From Octopus sinensis (Eukaryota): DNA of 64,000 nucleotides. Shown piece after piece: positions 10,561-23,492 of this stretch (the first letter of the stretch is position 1; every line of letters starts with the position of its first letter). The notes below the pieces were generated by a model. It saw only the letters and a program-made list of their open reading frames with translations. It had not been told where the DNA came from and ran no database searches. The stretch is taken from the NCBI RefSeq assembly GCF_006345805.1, contig NC_043022.1:16864001-16928000 (forward strand). The letters are read 5' to 3'. The translations under genes and the position numbers were made by a program.

Positions 10561-13544
10561 AGAGTCTATGAAATTGTGGAAATCAACAGTAATTTAATAA
10601 ACAATGACTTTATCTTCATTCAATGTCCATAGACACTTTTAGGAGACCCTATTCACACATATAAAAGTAGGTGTGTGTGTGGGGGGGTGTATACAATGCA
10701 CAAAAAAAGATGAAGACCAATCTACTAAATGCCATACAAGATTAATTGTTGATTTATTGAAACCCTCTTCATTTTGAGAGAAGGTAGGCAAACACCTAGT
10801 GCAAACTGCTTGACTCCACATCTGGAAGGAGAGATGATGGTAAGGAATCAGCATTGAATTTCTTGAATGTACCAGCCATTAAGGGAGACACAATGTCCTT
10901 TGCATGTGTGTGTGTGTGTGCACGCATGTTGTATATTAGGGCAATTAACAAAACCACTTTGTGGTATTTAAATATTGTGCTACGTCCCTTTATCTGACCT
11001 GCTTAACGATTCTATGACCTGACAAAGACTAATCAGTAAAAGAATAAATTAATTAAACTTTAAACAACAGCAATTAAATATTTTGATTAGCATTTCAAGT
11101 TCAGTAATTAAGATTTTTTTCCTTTAATGGCAATTTGTGAGTGAATCAGACAAAAATCAAAGTCAATAAATTAAAGTTATATTTGATCATTGTTTTAATT
11201 AATATTTCTGCACCCCCACCCCACCCCTGGTCTAGGTGTCAAGAAGGGATTCGTTTAATATAAAGAAATATTGCTTGCACAGGTCAATTAATACTCAAAA
11301 GTTTATCATTACACGTAAGATCAACAAGTTAATCAGTGGACATAGATTAATTAATGTACAAAGGTTAATTAGGATACGTTTATTAACAGGTCAGTTAGTG
11401 TACATTGCTTAATTAGAGTGCAGAAGTCAATCACTCGGAGTAAAAAGTTGTTGGACTCAACGACTTCTTTTGTCATGTGGCTCACTATTATTACTACTAC
11501 TACTACTACTTCACTACACACACATATGCATATAAATATATATATATATATATAAATACACACACACATTATATACACATACCTCTATATAGAGGTATAT
11601 ACACATAATACATATAGAGAGTAAGAAAAAAAGTGTGTGTGGGAGAGAGAGACCCTTGTCAGAGGACATCATGAATCATAAAAAGTTAGGAGGTACCTAC
11701 TTAGTGTAGACCCATTTTGCAGCCTTCTTCATGTAGCAATAATTTCAGCTTGGAATAAAATTATATTTACATGTTTGCATTATACAAAAAGAGAAAGCCA
11801 GCTCATCAGATCACCGTAACATCCATGGTGGCACCAATGACTCAACTCTAGGTAAAACAGACAAAATTTTCTCTTTAGACATAGAATGTATGGAAGCCTG
11901 AAATTAGCTTGGTTTGATCACTAAAAATAAAGATATCTTGTTTCATATTAATTAAGTTGTTAGATAGAAGTTCAGAAAGTTGACCATCCATAATATTAAC
12001 AAAAACAGGAAAGGTTAAGAAGAGACAGTAAATTAACTAAATATTTTTTTAAATAGCTTAAAAAGTATATAAATTACATATGAAGACACACACACACACA
12101 CACATATTTATAAATTAAATTTTATTCTCAGTTTTATACATTTTTTATAATGCTCCACTTTCACATATATCCATTGGCCCGAAACAATATATTATAAAAT
12201 TCCCACATTTGAAGCAGAATCGAAGAAAATATTTATATATTCATAAACCCACAAATTTTGTCTCCATAAAACACAAAGGTTAAAATGTCCCCATATTTAT
12301 TGAATTGCTTAATGAAAAATGAACCCCTAAAGAGAAACAGAGACTAATAACCTTTACACCTACCCTTATCTTCTTGTGAACAAGATAAAGAAATTTCTAC
12401 TGTAACAACACCATGACATGCTCGACTGATTATCTCCATCTTCCAATGAAAAGCAGGAAATATCTCCCGGATAACATCAACAAATAAAGAAGAAACTTCC
12501 TGATCCACTAAAACATGCCACCCACTTAAATTCTTTGAGGAACACCACAAAAATTTCATTCCAAGTAAGTGGATACGCCCAATTACTAAGTTTTCAAATA
12601 CTGGACAAAACTTGGGACTTTGACTGTCACATTGTCAAAGCAAAGAATTAAATCCAATAACAACAAAGATAACTAAGACTATTGGTACACCGTCTGACCA
12701 AAGGAACTTCCTATACCTACCTAACTACTATTTGTGAACAATTAAAAAATTCCAAGCAATAGCATAACCCCAAATTTAACCAATAAAAATTTCTCCATAG
12801 CACCTCTCCTTCACAACCTACCCTAACAGCCTGAGGAAATTTTTATCTCAACAGAAGCTACACAAAGCAAAGATTAACTTCAAGGCATTGTGCACCAACA
12901 TTGGTTTAGCCAGCCGAAACTTTGATACACGCACACACATATATATATATATATACACACAGAGATTAAAACAGAAAATGTAAAGACAAAGTATTTGCAT
13001 CACCTGAAAGACTTATAATTTAAACAGAGAATAGTGTATACACACATACAAACATTATTGAGTTAGAAAACAGAGAGTTAATGGTTACAAATTAATTTAT
13101 TTATTAATAAATTAATTAGTATCCATTAGATCTGTTTTCTAACTCAACAATAATGTTTTATGTTTAATGATATTTTATATAATTACATTCATTGAGGAAA
13201 TATCTCTTCAAGACTTTATATATTAAACCAGTTTATCTTGGATCAAAATATCCCTATAAAAGGTCTAAATATCCTCACTGCAACTATATATAACCATATA
13301 TATATATACAGATCTTACATATAACTGAACTAATACACGCAAAGAAGAATAAAATGTAAACATACAGACATACATTTATACACACCTCAATACACCAGAC
13401 AGGTATGTGATCTCATATAGAAGATTGTGGATGTAAACATATAGCCAATCCTTAATGCTAAATAGTAAACACTTCTATCAGATTGAATCCACGGACAGGA
13501 TTATAAAAGTAATTTTTTATGAACTGTGTATAATAATAATAATA

Positions 13545-14090
13545 AATGCCCTGATGCATTACCAGGCAGTGGCTCTCATGGCTTCTGATCTTAACTGATT
13601 GGAAGTGTTATGTATATTGTTTTGTCTTGGTATAAAAGATGGGCTACAACAAATATTCTGCTCAACACCACAGATTTGTTTGACCTTAACCAGTTGACCA
13701 TGTCCCTTAGTTGGTGACGATATGTGCATCTCTGATCACAAGCAGAAGTAGTTGGAGAGCATCATAGCCGTGTGTTGAGAGGAATTCTTTGGGATGTGAA
13801 TAATTTACCTCTGGGAACACGTGTGCTTCATTCATCATCCTTAAACAAGCTTTATTCAGGGACCTTTTGAGTGAGATGGGCTACTCAACCTGACAAAAAT
13901 TCTAACTGGGCTCCACCTGTAAGGTCATGCACTGTTTATTTTGATATGAGATCACCATGTCATGCATATACAGTTGTGATGCATGTCCCTAGTGTACCCT
14001 TATCAGACGGGTAGTCATGATAGGTATACTGGACTTTGTATTTTTGTACCCCAATGTCACTTTGATGGCATGCGCTGCTCTCTCACACAA
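13545..14090. repeat. Unclassified ~550-bp interspersed repeat flanked by (AAT)n
   Basis: GC-richer block bounded on both sides by aataataat tracts. It resembles a common octopus repeat from memory, but there is no second copy in the window. Confidence 0.35.
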
Positions 14091-14439
14091 TAATAATAAT
14101 GATAATAGACAAAGTCAATGAAGAGTGTAAGATGATAGAATCAAGGGGGTCTTCATTAACGACTTCAATGATCTACAAAAGATGGTTTAGACATAAAATG
14201 TAATAGGCTGGAATGTTATAAAATGATGGATAATAAGTAATTCACAAATAGCGGAATGTCTGAATATGGTCTGATAAATAATCTATTATTAAGGTGAGAC
14301 CAAATAATAGTTAACCATAGGTTTGGGAATTATACAATTGCTTTGATCTAGGCTATAATATTTATAGGTGTAATAATTAAGTATAAGGTTAAGTACTGTT
14401 AGCATTTAGGAACGATTTGTATTTAAGGTGTTGGCATCT

Positions 14440-15160
14440 CATAATTAATTCATCATGTTGATTGATAATATTTGATTTAACTTTATTGATATGGAACGCC
14501 TCAGGTACAAAGACCACACCAATCACTACCACTATCCTTATAACGGCTGTGCATTACATACAATAGACCAAGCAAGTGTATTTTCAACACTCTTATCAGT
14601 GAGAAAATGTACAAATTTAGCTAGAAAAGTACTACTAACCTTGTCTTTATGTCTGATTGTGGATTTGTGATTATTCCAATGAGGTTTCAATGATGAAGAG
14701 GATGCACCAATATAAACATGTTCTTTGTCAGAAGCAGTGATAGAGCACCTATACACTATATTTCTCTTAAGGCACTGGTTATTAATAGGACACAATGATT
14801 TCTTATGAAAGTTACATAGAGCAAGATTAGTCTGACTTTTGGTAGGTATGATGGTTTCAGTTTGACTATCATTAATAGTTCTTTTATTAGAATCAAGTAC
14901 ATGAATATGTTGATTATTTGCATCAGATGTTTTATTTCAGTTATTTAGATGGCTAAGAGTGGTTAAATTTTACTGTATATTCAGCAATATTAGGCATGGT
15001 AGAGTAAGCCAGTTTAACCGTGTGTCTATTGAAGATTTTATGATATAGGACATAGGGAAGTGTTTTTCTGAAGCTTCAAAAAGATTTCAAACCCAATTCG
15101 AAGCAACTTATAGATTGGAGGGAGGGGAATGAACCACAAAATATTCCTATGTAAACAATT
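14440..15160 (-). mobile_element. Penelope-like element linker + GIY-YIG endonuclease fragment
   Basis: RNILWF, YHKIFNRHTVKLAYSTMPNI, CNFHKKSLCPINNQCLKRNIVYRC...VYIGASSSSLKPHWNNHK...LAWSIV. Confidence 0.8.
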
Positions 15161-15278
15161 GTTATTTTTATTTTTAAGCTTATTCCAATTAGATGTTGTG
15201 GAGCCTAAAGTAATTTAGCAACATCTAGAGGGTTACTTTTATTAATGTTGTTGTTATTATTATTATTATAATTATTAA

Positions 15279-15488
15279 GGTGCTGAGTTGGCAGAATCAT
15301 TAGCACACGGGACAAAATGCTTAGCAGCATTTCACTTGTCTTAAAGTTCTGAGTTCAAATTCGATCGTGGTTGACTTCACCTTTCATGCTTTCGGGGTCA
15401 ATAAATTAAGTACCAGTTGAACACTGGGGTCACTGTAAACGACTTACTCCCTCAAAATTGCTGGCCTTGCACCAAAATTTGAAACCAT
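15279..15488 (+). mobile_element. tRNA-headed SINE family B
   Basis: gagttggcagaatcattagcac...ttctgagttcaaatt...ctttcggggtcaataaattaagtaccag; matches 48236-48465. Confidence 0.8.
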
Positions 15489-15583
15489 TATTATCATTAT
15501 CATCATTAATGACTTAAGTACAATATTCACTGATTTATCTATAATTTCACAAACAGATCTTTTTTCTTCCTTTTTACTTCGTA

Positions 15584-16877
15584 AAATATCCTGAGGACGT
15601 CAAATGGCTAAATAGATACATTCACCTCTCAAACCACCTGACTTTTTACGGTCAAGTAATTTCATTGATTGAATCTTCTGCATTATTGTGTGGTTTGATA
15701 GCTGAGTCCATCAGAGGAGCTTGCTGAGAAAGCCACATAATTTTAGGACGCCAGTTTTATGGCTGTTCACAGTTATTATATTGGGCATATCACAGGCATA
15801 ACACATTCTAGTTTTATTAGTTTATTCCAGTCAGATGGCAAATAATTGTAACCATCATCAATATATTTCCTAGGATATTCATTGGGATTTAGTTTTTGAA
15901 GTTTAGCACACGTACTCACAATTGTACTCACACCTCTATCCTTAATCCTTCTGACAGTTAAAGTAGGGTTTAGTGGGTTTCTATTGTCTATGCTTAAAAC
16001 TTTTTCATATTAATTTGATATTAATTAAAGTAGGACATGCACTAGATAAACATTTAGAAAATTTACTACTTTACAGTTGTCCTTAAATGTGATACACAAA
16101 CCTGCTTTCTTAAAGTGTTAAGGTTTTTTCTTTGTTCCAACACGGTCATAGAGTGAGCAAAGTCTCATCTCTAATGAAGACCACTCGCAAGATTATGGAA
16201 TTCACCTTTAATCCAAAATATTAAGTATGTCAATTTCCTTATTACCACAGAGGGGACAAACAAGGACAGACAAAGGGATTAAGTCAATTATATCGACACC
16301 CGTGTGTAACTGGTACTTATTTAATTGACCCCAAAAGGATGAAATGCAAAGTCAACCTCGGCGGAATTTGAACTCAGAACGTAAAGATGGACGAAATACC
16401 GTTAAACATTTCACCCAGCACGCTAACAATTCTGTCAGCTCCACCTCCCTAATATATTAAGTATATCTCCACAAGATCAGAAACTCGTGTAGAGTTGTTC
16501 CTCCCAAGGTGAGATTGCAATTATCTTACTTTGTTTATCTCTGGTCAAAACTTATTAAATTTAATTCGAGCTCTCATTGTGAGTGACCCCTTCGGGTCTA
16601 GAAGCAGATTTTGCACTGATTTCTTAATGCAGAATTGTTTTGCATTAATGCAAACATGTAAATACAATTTTTTTCCTAACTGTAATTATTACTACATGAA
16701 GAAGGCTGCAAAATATCCTGAGGACGTCAAATGGCTAAATAGATACATTCACCTCTCAAACCACCTGACTTTTTACGGTCAAGTAATTTCATTGATTGAA
16801 ATCTTCTGCATTACTGTGTGGTTTGATAGCTGAGTCCGTCAGAGGGGCTTGCTGTGAAAGCCACATAATTTTAGGAC
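15584..16877 (+). repeat. ~166-bp near-identical direct duplication (15584-15749 and 16710-16877)
   Basis: aaaatatcctgaggacgtcaaatggctaaatag...gaaagccacataattttaggac occurs twice. A diverged inverted relative lies at ~27240-27470. Confidence 0.9.
16232..16449 (-). mobile_element. SINE family B
   Basis: Reverse complement of the family B sequence (ggcggaatttgaactcagaacgt...). Confidence 0.82.
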
Positions 16878-17394
16878 TCCATATCTCATACAACACATAC
16901 ACACACACATATGTGAAACTAACATTTACTATGTATTATTAATCATACTGATGTCTAAAATAAAACGATGACTTATGAGGTATTTGTTTTTTAAGACATT
17001 CAAGAGTTAAGGGATTTACTAAACTCTTCAGTTTTTTAAAACTCTGTGGAGCACCAAGAGACACTTTTCAATGCACTGTTAGAGAAGCCTTGTGCTAGAT
17101 CTTAATGTGATGGTCATGGTTGGAACATCATCATAAGTCAGCCCATTTAGTTGACCTTGGGTCAAACAAAAACTGAAGAAAAAAAACATCCTAGTAACGA
17201 CGTCCCAAAAGAAATTCAGTATAAAAAAAAAAAACAGAAAGCAACAACAAAAGAAATAAAAGTTAAGAATTTCAGGAATATTTAGTGGTGCCATCTGGTG
17301 GTGAGGATGATTCTCATGGCAAGTCTGTTGACCGTCCTGGATGAAGAGAGAAGATTAATAGAATGGCGTTTGTGTGTGAATGTTTCTTTTTATG

Positions 17395-17400
17395 TTTATT
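17395..17400 (-). promoter_or_regulatory. Candidate AATAAA poly(A) signal ~24 nt after the TMEM26 stop
   Basis: tttatt on + strand. The real 3' UTR may be longer; the hexamer is common in AT-rich DNA. Confidence 0.2.
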
Positions 17401-17423
17401 GTATCTAGGATGGGGGGGAGGTT

Positions 17424-18176
17424 TCAGACGGGTGAATTGATTCTGTCTGTGGTCATGGACCGAGTCATTTTGTTTTGATTTGGAGGGAAAAGTGGTTTTT
17501 GGGTGAGATGTTGGTTAGAATGGCTCGAGTGCAAACTAGAGTGACTCATGTGTGCTTTACCCTTCCTCGAGGACAAATGAGGTAGACTCGATGGTTGTTG
17601 TTGCTGGTAGACAGGTAACAACTGGTGACTGGATGAGTTCAGAGCAGGCTGGCTCAGCTGGTGAGTCCTGTAGAATTCCCGGCCCCTTATACCCCCGTTG
17701 GGTTTACTGGGGGATTGGGTCATCGGCAACATGTTCCTTTGAGTCGGGAAGTTCGTTTCGGTTTCATGGATGGCTCGAACTGTTTGGTACTTCCGGTTGG
17801 CATGAATCGGTAGAGATATCTTTGGTGAATTTGATTTCCTCATCTCTATCTGTACAACCACGAGTCTGTAGATTAAGAGAATAATGACAAGACTGTTTTT
17901 GGATGTGAAGAAGATATTTGTGTAGCTGTCCACTTTGTACTTGAAGATAAGCATCAATCGAAGCGCCAAAAATGGGCCATCTTGCAGGAATATCGAGATC
18001 ATAATACCATAGACATCAGCTTGGCAACAGTTCTTCAAGCGTGATGTACGTTCTTGGGATACCAGTCCTGACTGGTCGTGACGGGCGCTGGATGCTGTGA
18101 GAACCAATGAGAACTGGATCAAACTCATTGACCAAATACTCAAGATGATTATACACAGTAACTTGTTATAACGAAC
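17424..18176 (-). CDS. TMEM26: TMEM26 homolog, last coding exon (VRYNKLLCIIILSIWSMSLIQF...QDGPFLALRLMLIFKYKVDSYTNIFFTSKN...DRINSPV*)
   Basis: Acceptor tacAG|GTT; 753 nt including TGA. Contains WS.SL.QF, QDGPFL..RL and FF..KN motifs. Spliced CDS is 1320 nt = 439 aa + stop. Confidence 0.93.
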   Translation of the reverse strand, partial: VRYNKLLCIIILSIWSMSLIQFSLVLTASSARHDQSGLVSQERTSRLKNCCQADVYGIMISIFLQDGPFLALRLMLIFKYKVDSYTNIFFTSKNSLVIILLIYRLVVVQIEMRKSNSPKISLPIHANRKYQTVRAIHETETNFPTQRNMLPMTQSPSKPNGGIRGREFYRTHQLSQPALNSSSHQLLPVYQQQQPSSLPHLSSRKGKAHMSHSSLHSSHSNQHLTQKPLFPPNQNKMTRSMTTDRINSPV

Positions 18177-19368
18177 CTGTACAAAATAAGAAATTTAATG
18201 AGTTTACAGGTCATTAAAGCAGATAATGAATTTAACACTCATTAAAATCCTATTTTATAAATCAAATTTAACCATTTTGCATTTGGATTAATCTGTCAAC
18301 TATAAGGCTTATTTATTCACATTATTTTGAATTAGTATGTAAATATTAATTACTAGTTGTCAGGAATGTGTTATACCACTAAATTTAGTGGGTATTTAAG
18401 CAATGTGATGGTAGATGGATTGAATGTGGCACTGATGAGAGAGCAATAACTCCTGAAATGTGCATAGACACCCATTACCTATTTTTCCTAATCTGGAATT
18501 ATCATGTAGTGTTGAGATTTTGGTGGGGTGATGTTTTTTCATTTTTTTTAAAGAGTTGGTTGGAATATAAAACAGATAAATAAGATTGGAAACTCTAGAT
18601 AAATAATTAAGAAGAGAAAGAAAAAGTCTTTCCAGAGAGCCACCACCATCACCTTTGAACACTGCACTGAACTGATCTGATCTCCTCTTCCCCTGGGAAG
18701 ATCAACCAATGTCTTCAGTGAGGCAGAAAGTCAGTAGACATGGTTGACTTATTTTTGTTTCCTTGTGGAGATACACAAAAGAATTTCTTTGTCCTTTTTA
18801 CTATCACCAGACATCTCTTCACATATGATGGCAGCATTCTCTCTTTTAATTCCGGGATGCATGCGGAAGAGTTTTATCATTGCGTCTTACCTTTACAATA
18901 CCGTATATCTGTGTGTGTGTGTGTAAAATATTATATATATACATACATACACACATGTATTTTATATATATATATATGGAGAACATGGACATATCAATGA
19001 AAGATATTCTATTACCATCTAAAAAGGAATATACGAGGGACTATACAGACCAATATATATGTATGTATATATATATATACACACACACACGTATTATATA
19101 TCATCATCATCATCATCATATATATACGCACACACACACACACACACATCCACATAGCTTGTCTCCCTACAAAGATGTGCAATGTATAGAAAGCATGCAG
19201 AGAATGTCCACCAATAACAAGAATATTTGGGCAAACCCTATTTGAAAGAGTAAACATCCTTCCCAGTGGTAGAAGGGAATTCTGATTATTCTTCTTCTTA
19301 TTATTATTATTAATATTGATATTCTTATGATGGTGATGATGATGATGATATTTAAGCATACAACGTAC

Positions 19369-19578
19369 TTCCTTCTCTTTGAAAGCGTCGAAGAATTCCA
19401 CGATGTCAGCTGCTGTTCCAATATAAACCAAGAGAAGCTGCGAGAGTTGGTCGTGGGTGAGTTTCCCTTTGGGAAGGAGCCAGCGTCCAAGAATGAGCAG
19501 GAGCAGGAGGAACTGTTCCAAAGTGCGGATCCATTGGTCGGATGAAAGCCTTAACGGAATGTGGATCTCAAACTTCAT
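19369..19578 (-). CDS. TMEM26: TMEM26 homolog, coding exon 3 (MKFEIHIPLRLSSDQWIRTLEQFLLLLLILGRWLLPKGKLTHDQLSQLLLVYIGTAADIVEFFDAFKEKE)
   Basis: Acceptor ggcAG|ATG; 210 nt; donor GAA|GTACGT, phase 0. Contains GRWLLP and T.DQLSQLLL.YIGTAADI.EF, diagnostic of TMEM26. Confidence 0.93.
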
Positions 19579-19934
19579 CTGCCCAACATAACAAAAAATA
19601 ATAAAAAATATGATTATAAAGACTGCCAATGCTCCAGCATGGCCACAGTGCAATGCCTAAAAAGAGTAAAAGAATAAAAAATGGATCTGGATGTTGTTTG
19701 TTTAGAATTTGGTATGAAAGAAAATTTGGGAAATATTTGTTCTAAAAGTGAGAACTTCATTCAGAACCAGTTCTGGGGTTTGTGGCACCGTGGCCAACCT
19801 GAGTGTCTGTGGCCCTTAACATGTATATCCATTATCCAAATTTCACATAGAAGGGAACTAGAAATGTAGGTATAAAATGGGTTGGAGATTCCTCAGTTGG
19901 TTGTAGAGACTGATGTAAGAGATCCAGTTCCAAG

Positions 19935-20091
19935 CTGAAGACAGAATTAGGGATTAAAAGATCTGAAGACAGAATTAGGGATTAAAAGATCTGAAGACAG
20001 AATTAGGGAATAAAAGATCTGAAGACAGAATTAGGGATTAGAAGATCTGAAGACAGAATTAGGGATTAGAAGATCTGAAGACAGAATTAGG
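19935..20091. repeat. 28-bp minisatellite, ~5.6 copies (ctgaagacagaattagggattaaaagat)
   Basis: Units start at 19935, 19963, 19991, 20019, 20047 and 20075, in TMEM26 intron 2. Confidence 0.95.
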
Positions 20092-20545
20092 CAGCAAATT
20101 GGCAGAATTGCCAGCTGGGCAAAATGCAAAGTGGCATTTCAGTCATCCTTATGTTCTGAGTTCAAATGCCACTGAAGTCAACTTTGCCCTTCATCTTTTG
20201 AGGTCAATAAAATAAGGGCCGGGTGGGGTGGGGGTGTCGATGTAATCAACTTCCCCACTCCCAACTCTCCACACCTAAATTGCTGGCCTTGAGCCAAGAT
20301 TTAAAACCAATATTTATAAATATTACAAAGCAGCAAACTGGCAGAATCAGTCACACACCCGTCAAAATGCCTAAACAGCTTTGCATCTGTCTTTATGTTC
20401 TGAGTTCAAATCCCAGCAAGGTCGACTTTGCTCAACTGCTACTTATTTCGTTGACCTCGAAAAAATAAAAGATAATGGGGGTCAACATAATCGACTCACC
20501 CACTCCTGAAAAATTGCTGGCCTTGTGCCAAAATTTGAAACTAAT
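20092..20545 (+). mobile_element. Two tandem SINE family B copies
   Basis: Two ggcagaat...ttctgagttcaaat...aaattgctggccttg units. Confidence 0.75.
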
Positions 20546-21167
20546 ATTCATTGATAAGTGGTGGGGGGGTAGGTTTTCTTCAGTGGAATCCCTTATAATG
20601 CTTATCCTTCCCACCAGTGACCCACCAGGATCTCATTTATCCTTAAATTAAGGGTTAAAAAATAAACATTAGAAACAGTCGGTTATTTAACATGACCTTC
20701 CCCATGGAAATTGTTAATGTTAATATCTAATGTATTGTTTATAAGCCATAACTTAGTGGCTTGACAAATGGAGATCAACATAAACAAAAATTTTCAGCAT
20801 ATTGCTCCAGTATGGCCACACAGTCCAATAACTAAAACAAATAATTAGCAGAGCTTTTAAATTTGATGAAATATATTGGAAAATAGGATTGCAGTCGAAG
20901 AGGAAACAGAGGTTGTTGTTGTTAAGGTTCCACTCATGACCATCCTGTCTTTTTTTTCTTAATACATCTAGGACTACATCATCCAATGTTCTCTTATATA
21001 TTCTTTACGTAGTCAAGTCATGGAGAAAAGACATTAAGTGATGATGGTGTGATTTGAGGGAATCTAGCTGTTACTTCTAGCATAGAGAGACATCCGTATA
21101 AAAGCTTCCTCATTTGGCTCATGAAACAAATGTTGAGAAGAAGAGAGAATGATTAAAGGTGGATTAC

Positions 21168-21333
21168 CCCAAGAAAGCGTCCTAAATGAGCGTGTAGGTC
21201 GTGGGTGGATTCGTTAAAAGCGCTCAGCGTTGAGTTAATGTCTTTCTGAATCCGTTTTTCCATTTCGTAGAGTTCCAGGAACCAAATGGCAGGAACGACG
21301 CTGAGCAGGTAAATGAAGACGCTGGGGCAGAAC
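21168..21333 (-). CDS. TMEM26: TMEM26 homolog, coding exon 2 (W-FCPSVFIYLLSVVPAIWFLELYEMEKRIQKDINSTLSAFNESTHDLHAHLGRFLG)
   Basis: Acceptor tttcAG|G completes the W codon from exon 1; 166 nt; donor GTAATC, phase 0. FCPSVFIYL..VP.IW.LEL is the TMEM26 motif. Confidence 0.9.
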
Positions 21334-21679
21334 CTGAAACGAGAAACCATTTCTCTGCTTTAGTTATTGATTGGGATTTTAGTTGTCAGGTACCTGGGTG
21401 GGGTGGAGTGGGGGTGGGGGTGGGTGTTCACTTCCTGACCTCGTGGTCTCAGGTTCAGTCCCACTGCATGGCACCTTGGGCAAGTGTCTTCTACTGTGGC
21501 CTCGAGTCAACCAAAGTCTTGTGAGTGGAATTGGCAGATGAAACTGAAAGAAGCCCATCATGAGTGTATATATGTGTGTGTATATATATATATATTACTC
21601 TTTTACTCTTATTCTTTTATTTGTTTCAGTCATTTGACTGCAGCCATGCTGGAGCACCGCCAAGTAAATCAGGAAGTGA

Positions 21680-22030
21680 GTTAGGCAATACTGCAGCCCT
21701 AACTCAATTCTTAAGGGTTTACAGGATAACAGCCAACCCGAACACCTGTTCAAGCCATTCACCTGCAGAGCTAATGTTTGTTCGGAAGATAAAGTCAATT
21801 TCTGACAAATTGTTACCCAAAAAACAACTTGTATAGAAAACACAAGAAACACAACAAAGTGTCTTAATGTGGGAGATTAAAGTTCATTTCAAAATCTGTA
21901 AGAATGGAAGAGAAGGCTGGGAGAACGGTAGAGTGAGGAAAGGATTAGGCAGCATGATGTACATAATAAGGGGCCAAATAGGGGTGCACAAACGACATTT
22001 AAACCAGTCGAAAACTAAACATACGGAAGA
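21680..22030 (+). mobile_element. Ty3/Gypsy integrase C-terminal remnant
   Basis: LTQFLRVYRITANPNT..SPAELMFVRKIKSISDKLLP, then KVHFK....WENG.V.K.LG.MMY...HKRHLNQ in a shifted frame. Confidence 0.7.
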
Positions 22031-23069
22031 AAGAAGTAATATCGATGAAGTTTCAATGTCAAGTGGTGGTAGACACACACACACACATGTATACATATAC
22101 GAGAGGCTTCTTTCAGTTTCCATCTAGCGAATCCCCTCAAGGTTTTGGTCATCACAAGGTTATAGAAGAAGAAGACACTTGCCCAAGATGTCACACCAGA
22201 TATTTTGTTTGATGCACCTGTGTTACATACCACTTTATCTCACTCTCTTTTTCCCTCCTTTTGCTCTCTCTCTCTCTCTCCTTATCTCTCCTCCATTCTT
22301 ACATTCAACAATTCCATCAGAAATAGCGACAGCGTATCAGAAATAAAACATGGAATATTTTGGTTTTCACTGTTTTTTTAAAATTTACTATTTTGTCATC
22401 CACCACCACCACCACAACCATCCCACACTATTTTCCAGCAAAACATTGCCATGGTGATCAGTTGCCAAAACATACATCTCATTCATACAGCACACACACA
22501 AACACACATATATCTACATAAACATTTCACCGAGTAGGCTAAGTGTGTATCAGAAGCATAAACTGGATTAAGAAAGACAGAGAGAGAGGGGGGGGGGGAC
22601 ATGTATACACATTCCTTCACACTTCAGACTAACAGGCTTAAAGTGCTTGTGTGTGTTTGTGTATACACTAGCAAAGTACCCAAAGTAGTGTATACACTAT
22701 CAAAGTACCCACAAGAAATGATAGGGTTTATTTCTCTTCCCTTTCAGTCAACACTAATATTTCTGCTTCCTTATTTTCCTTTTAGGTTTCATTTTGTCTT
22801 CTTTCAGTTATTCTCGTTTCAATTCCAGCCCCACCTTTTATTTTCTTCTGTTCTCTTTCTGTCTGTGTGTGCATGTGAGAGAGAGAGAGAGAGAGAGTGT
22901 GTGTGTGTAGTGTATTTCAAAAAATTAGTAGAGATGGCTTTTTGGTGGGGGATGATTTCTATTTTAATAACAATGTTTTCAGTAAGTTACTCTCTTTATG
23001 AGTTCCAGGCTTCAAATAGCCATTTTCAAACTGAATGTTTTACTGGTTGCTTAAATAGAAAAAAATTTA

Positions 23070-23101
<32 letters not shown>

Positions 23102-23105
<4 letters not shown>

Positions 23106-23492
23106 GGAGTGAATGTGTGGTAAGAAGCTTGCTTCCCAACCACATGGTTCCAGGTTCAGTCCCATTGTGTGGCACCTTGGGCAAGTATCATCTACTATAG
23201 CCTCAGGCCAACACAAGCCTTGGTAGACGGAAACTGAAAGAAGCCCATCGTATATATATATATATATATGTGTGTGTGAGTGTATTTGTTATTTGTATCT
23301 GCGCTTGTCCTCCCCACCACCATTGCTTGACAACCGATGTTGATGTGTTTACATTTCTGTCAATTAGCAGTTTGGCAAAAGACACCAATAGAATAAGTAT
23401 TAGGCTTACAAAGAATATGTCCTGGGGTCAATTTGTTCAACTAAAGACAGTGCTCCAGTATGGCTGCAGTCAAACAACCGAAACAAGTAAAA
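23102..23492 (+). mobile_element. SINE family A
   Basis: gtggtaagaagcttgcttcccaaccacatggttccaggttcagtcccattg...ggcaccttgggcaagt...ctgaaagaagccc (TA)n ...gtgctccagtatggc. Confidence 0.8.

Noticed and set aside
19012-19368. Read-through of exon 3 into a poly-His/Asn/Met tail (213-aa ORF)
   Set aside because: The sequence lies beyond a phase-compatible GT donor and consists of CAT/AAT microsatellites.
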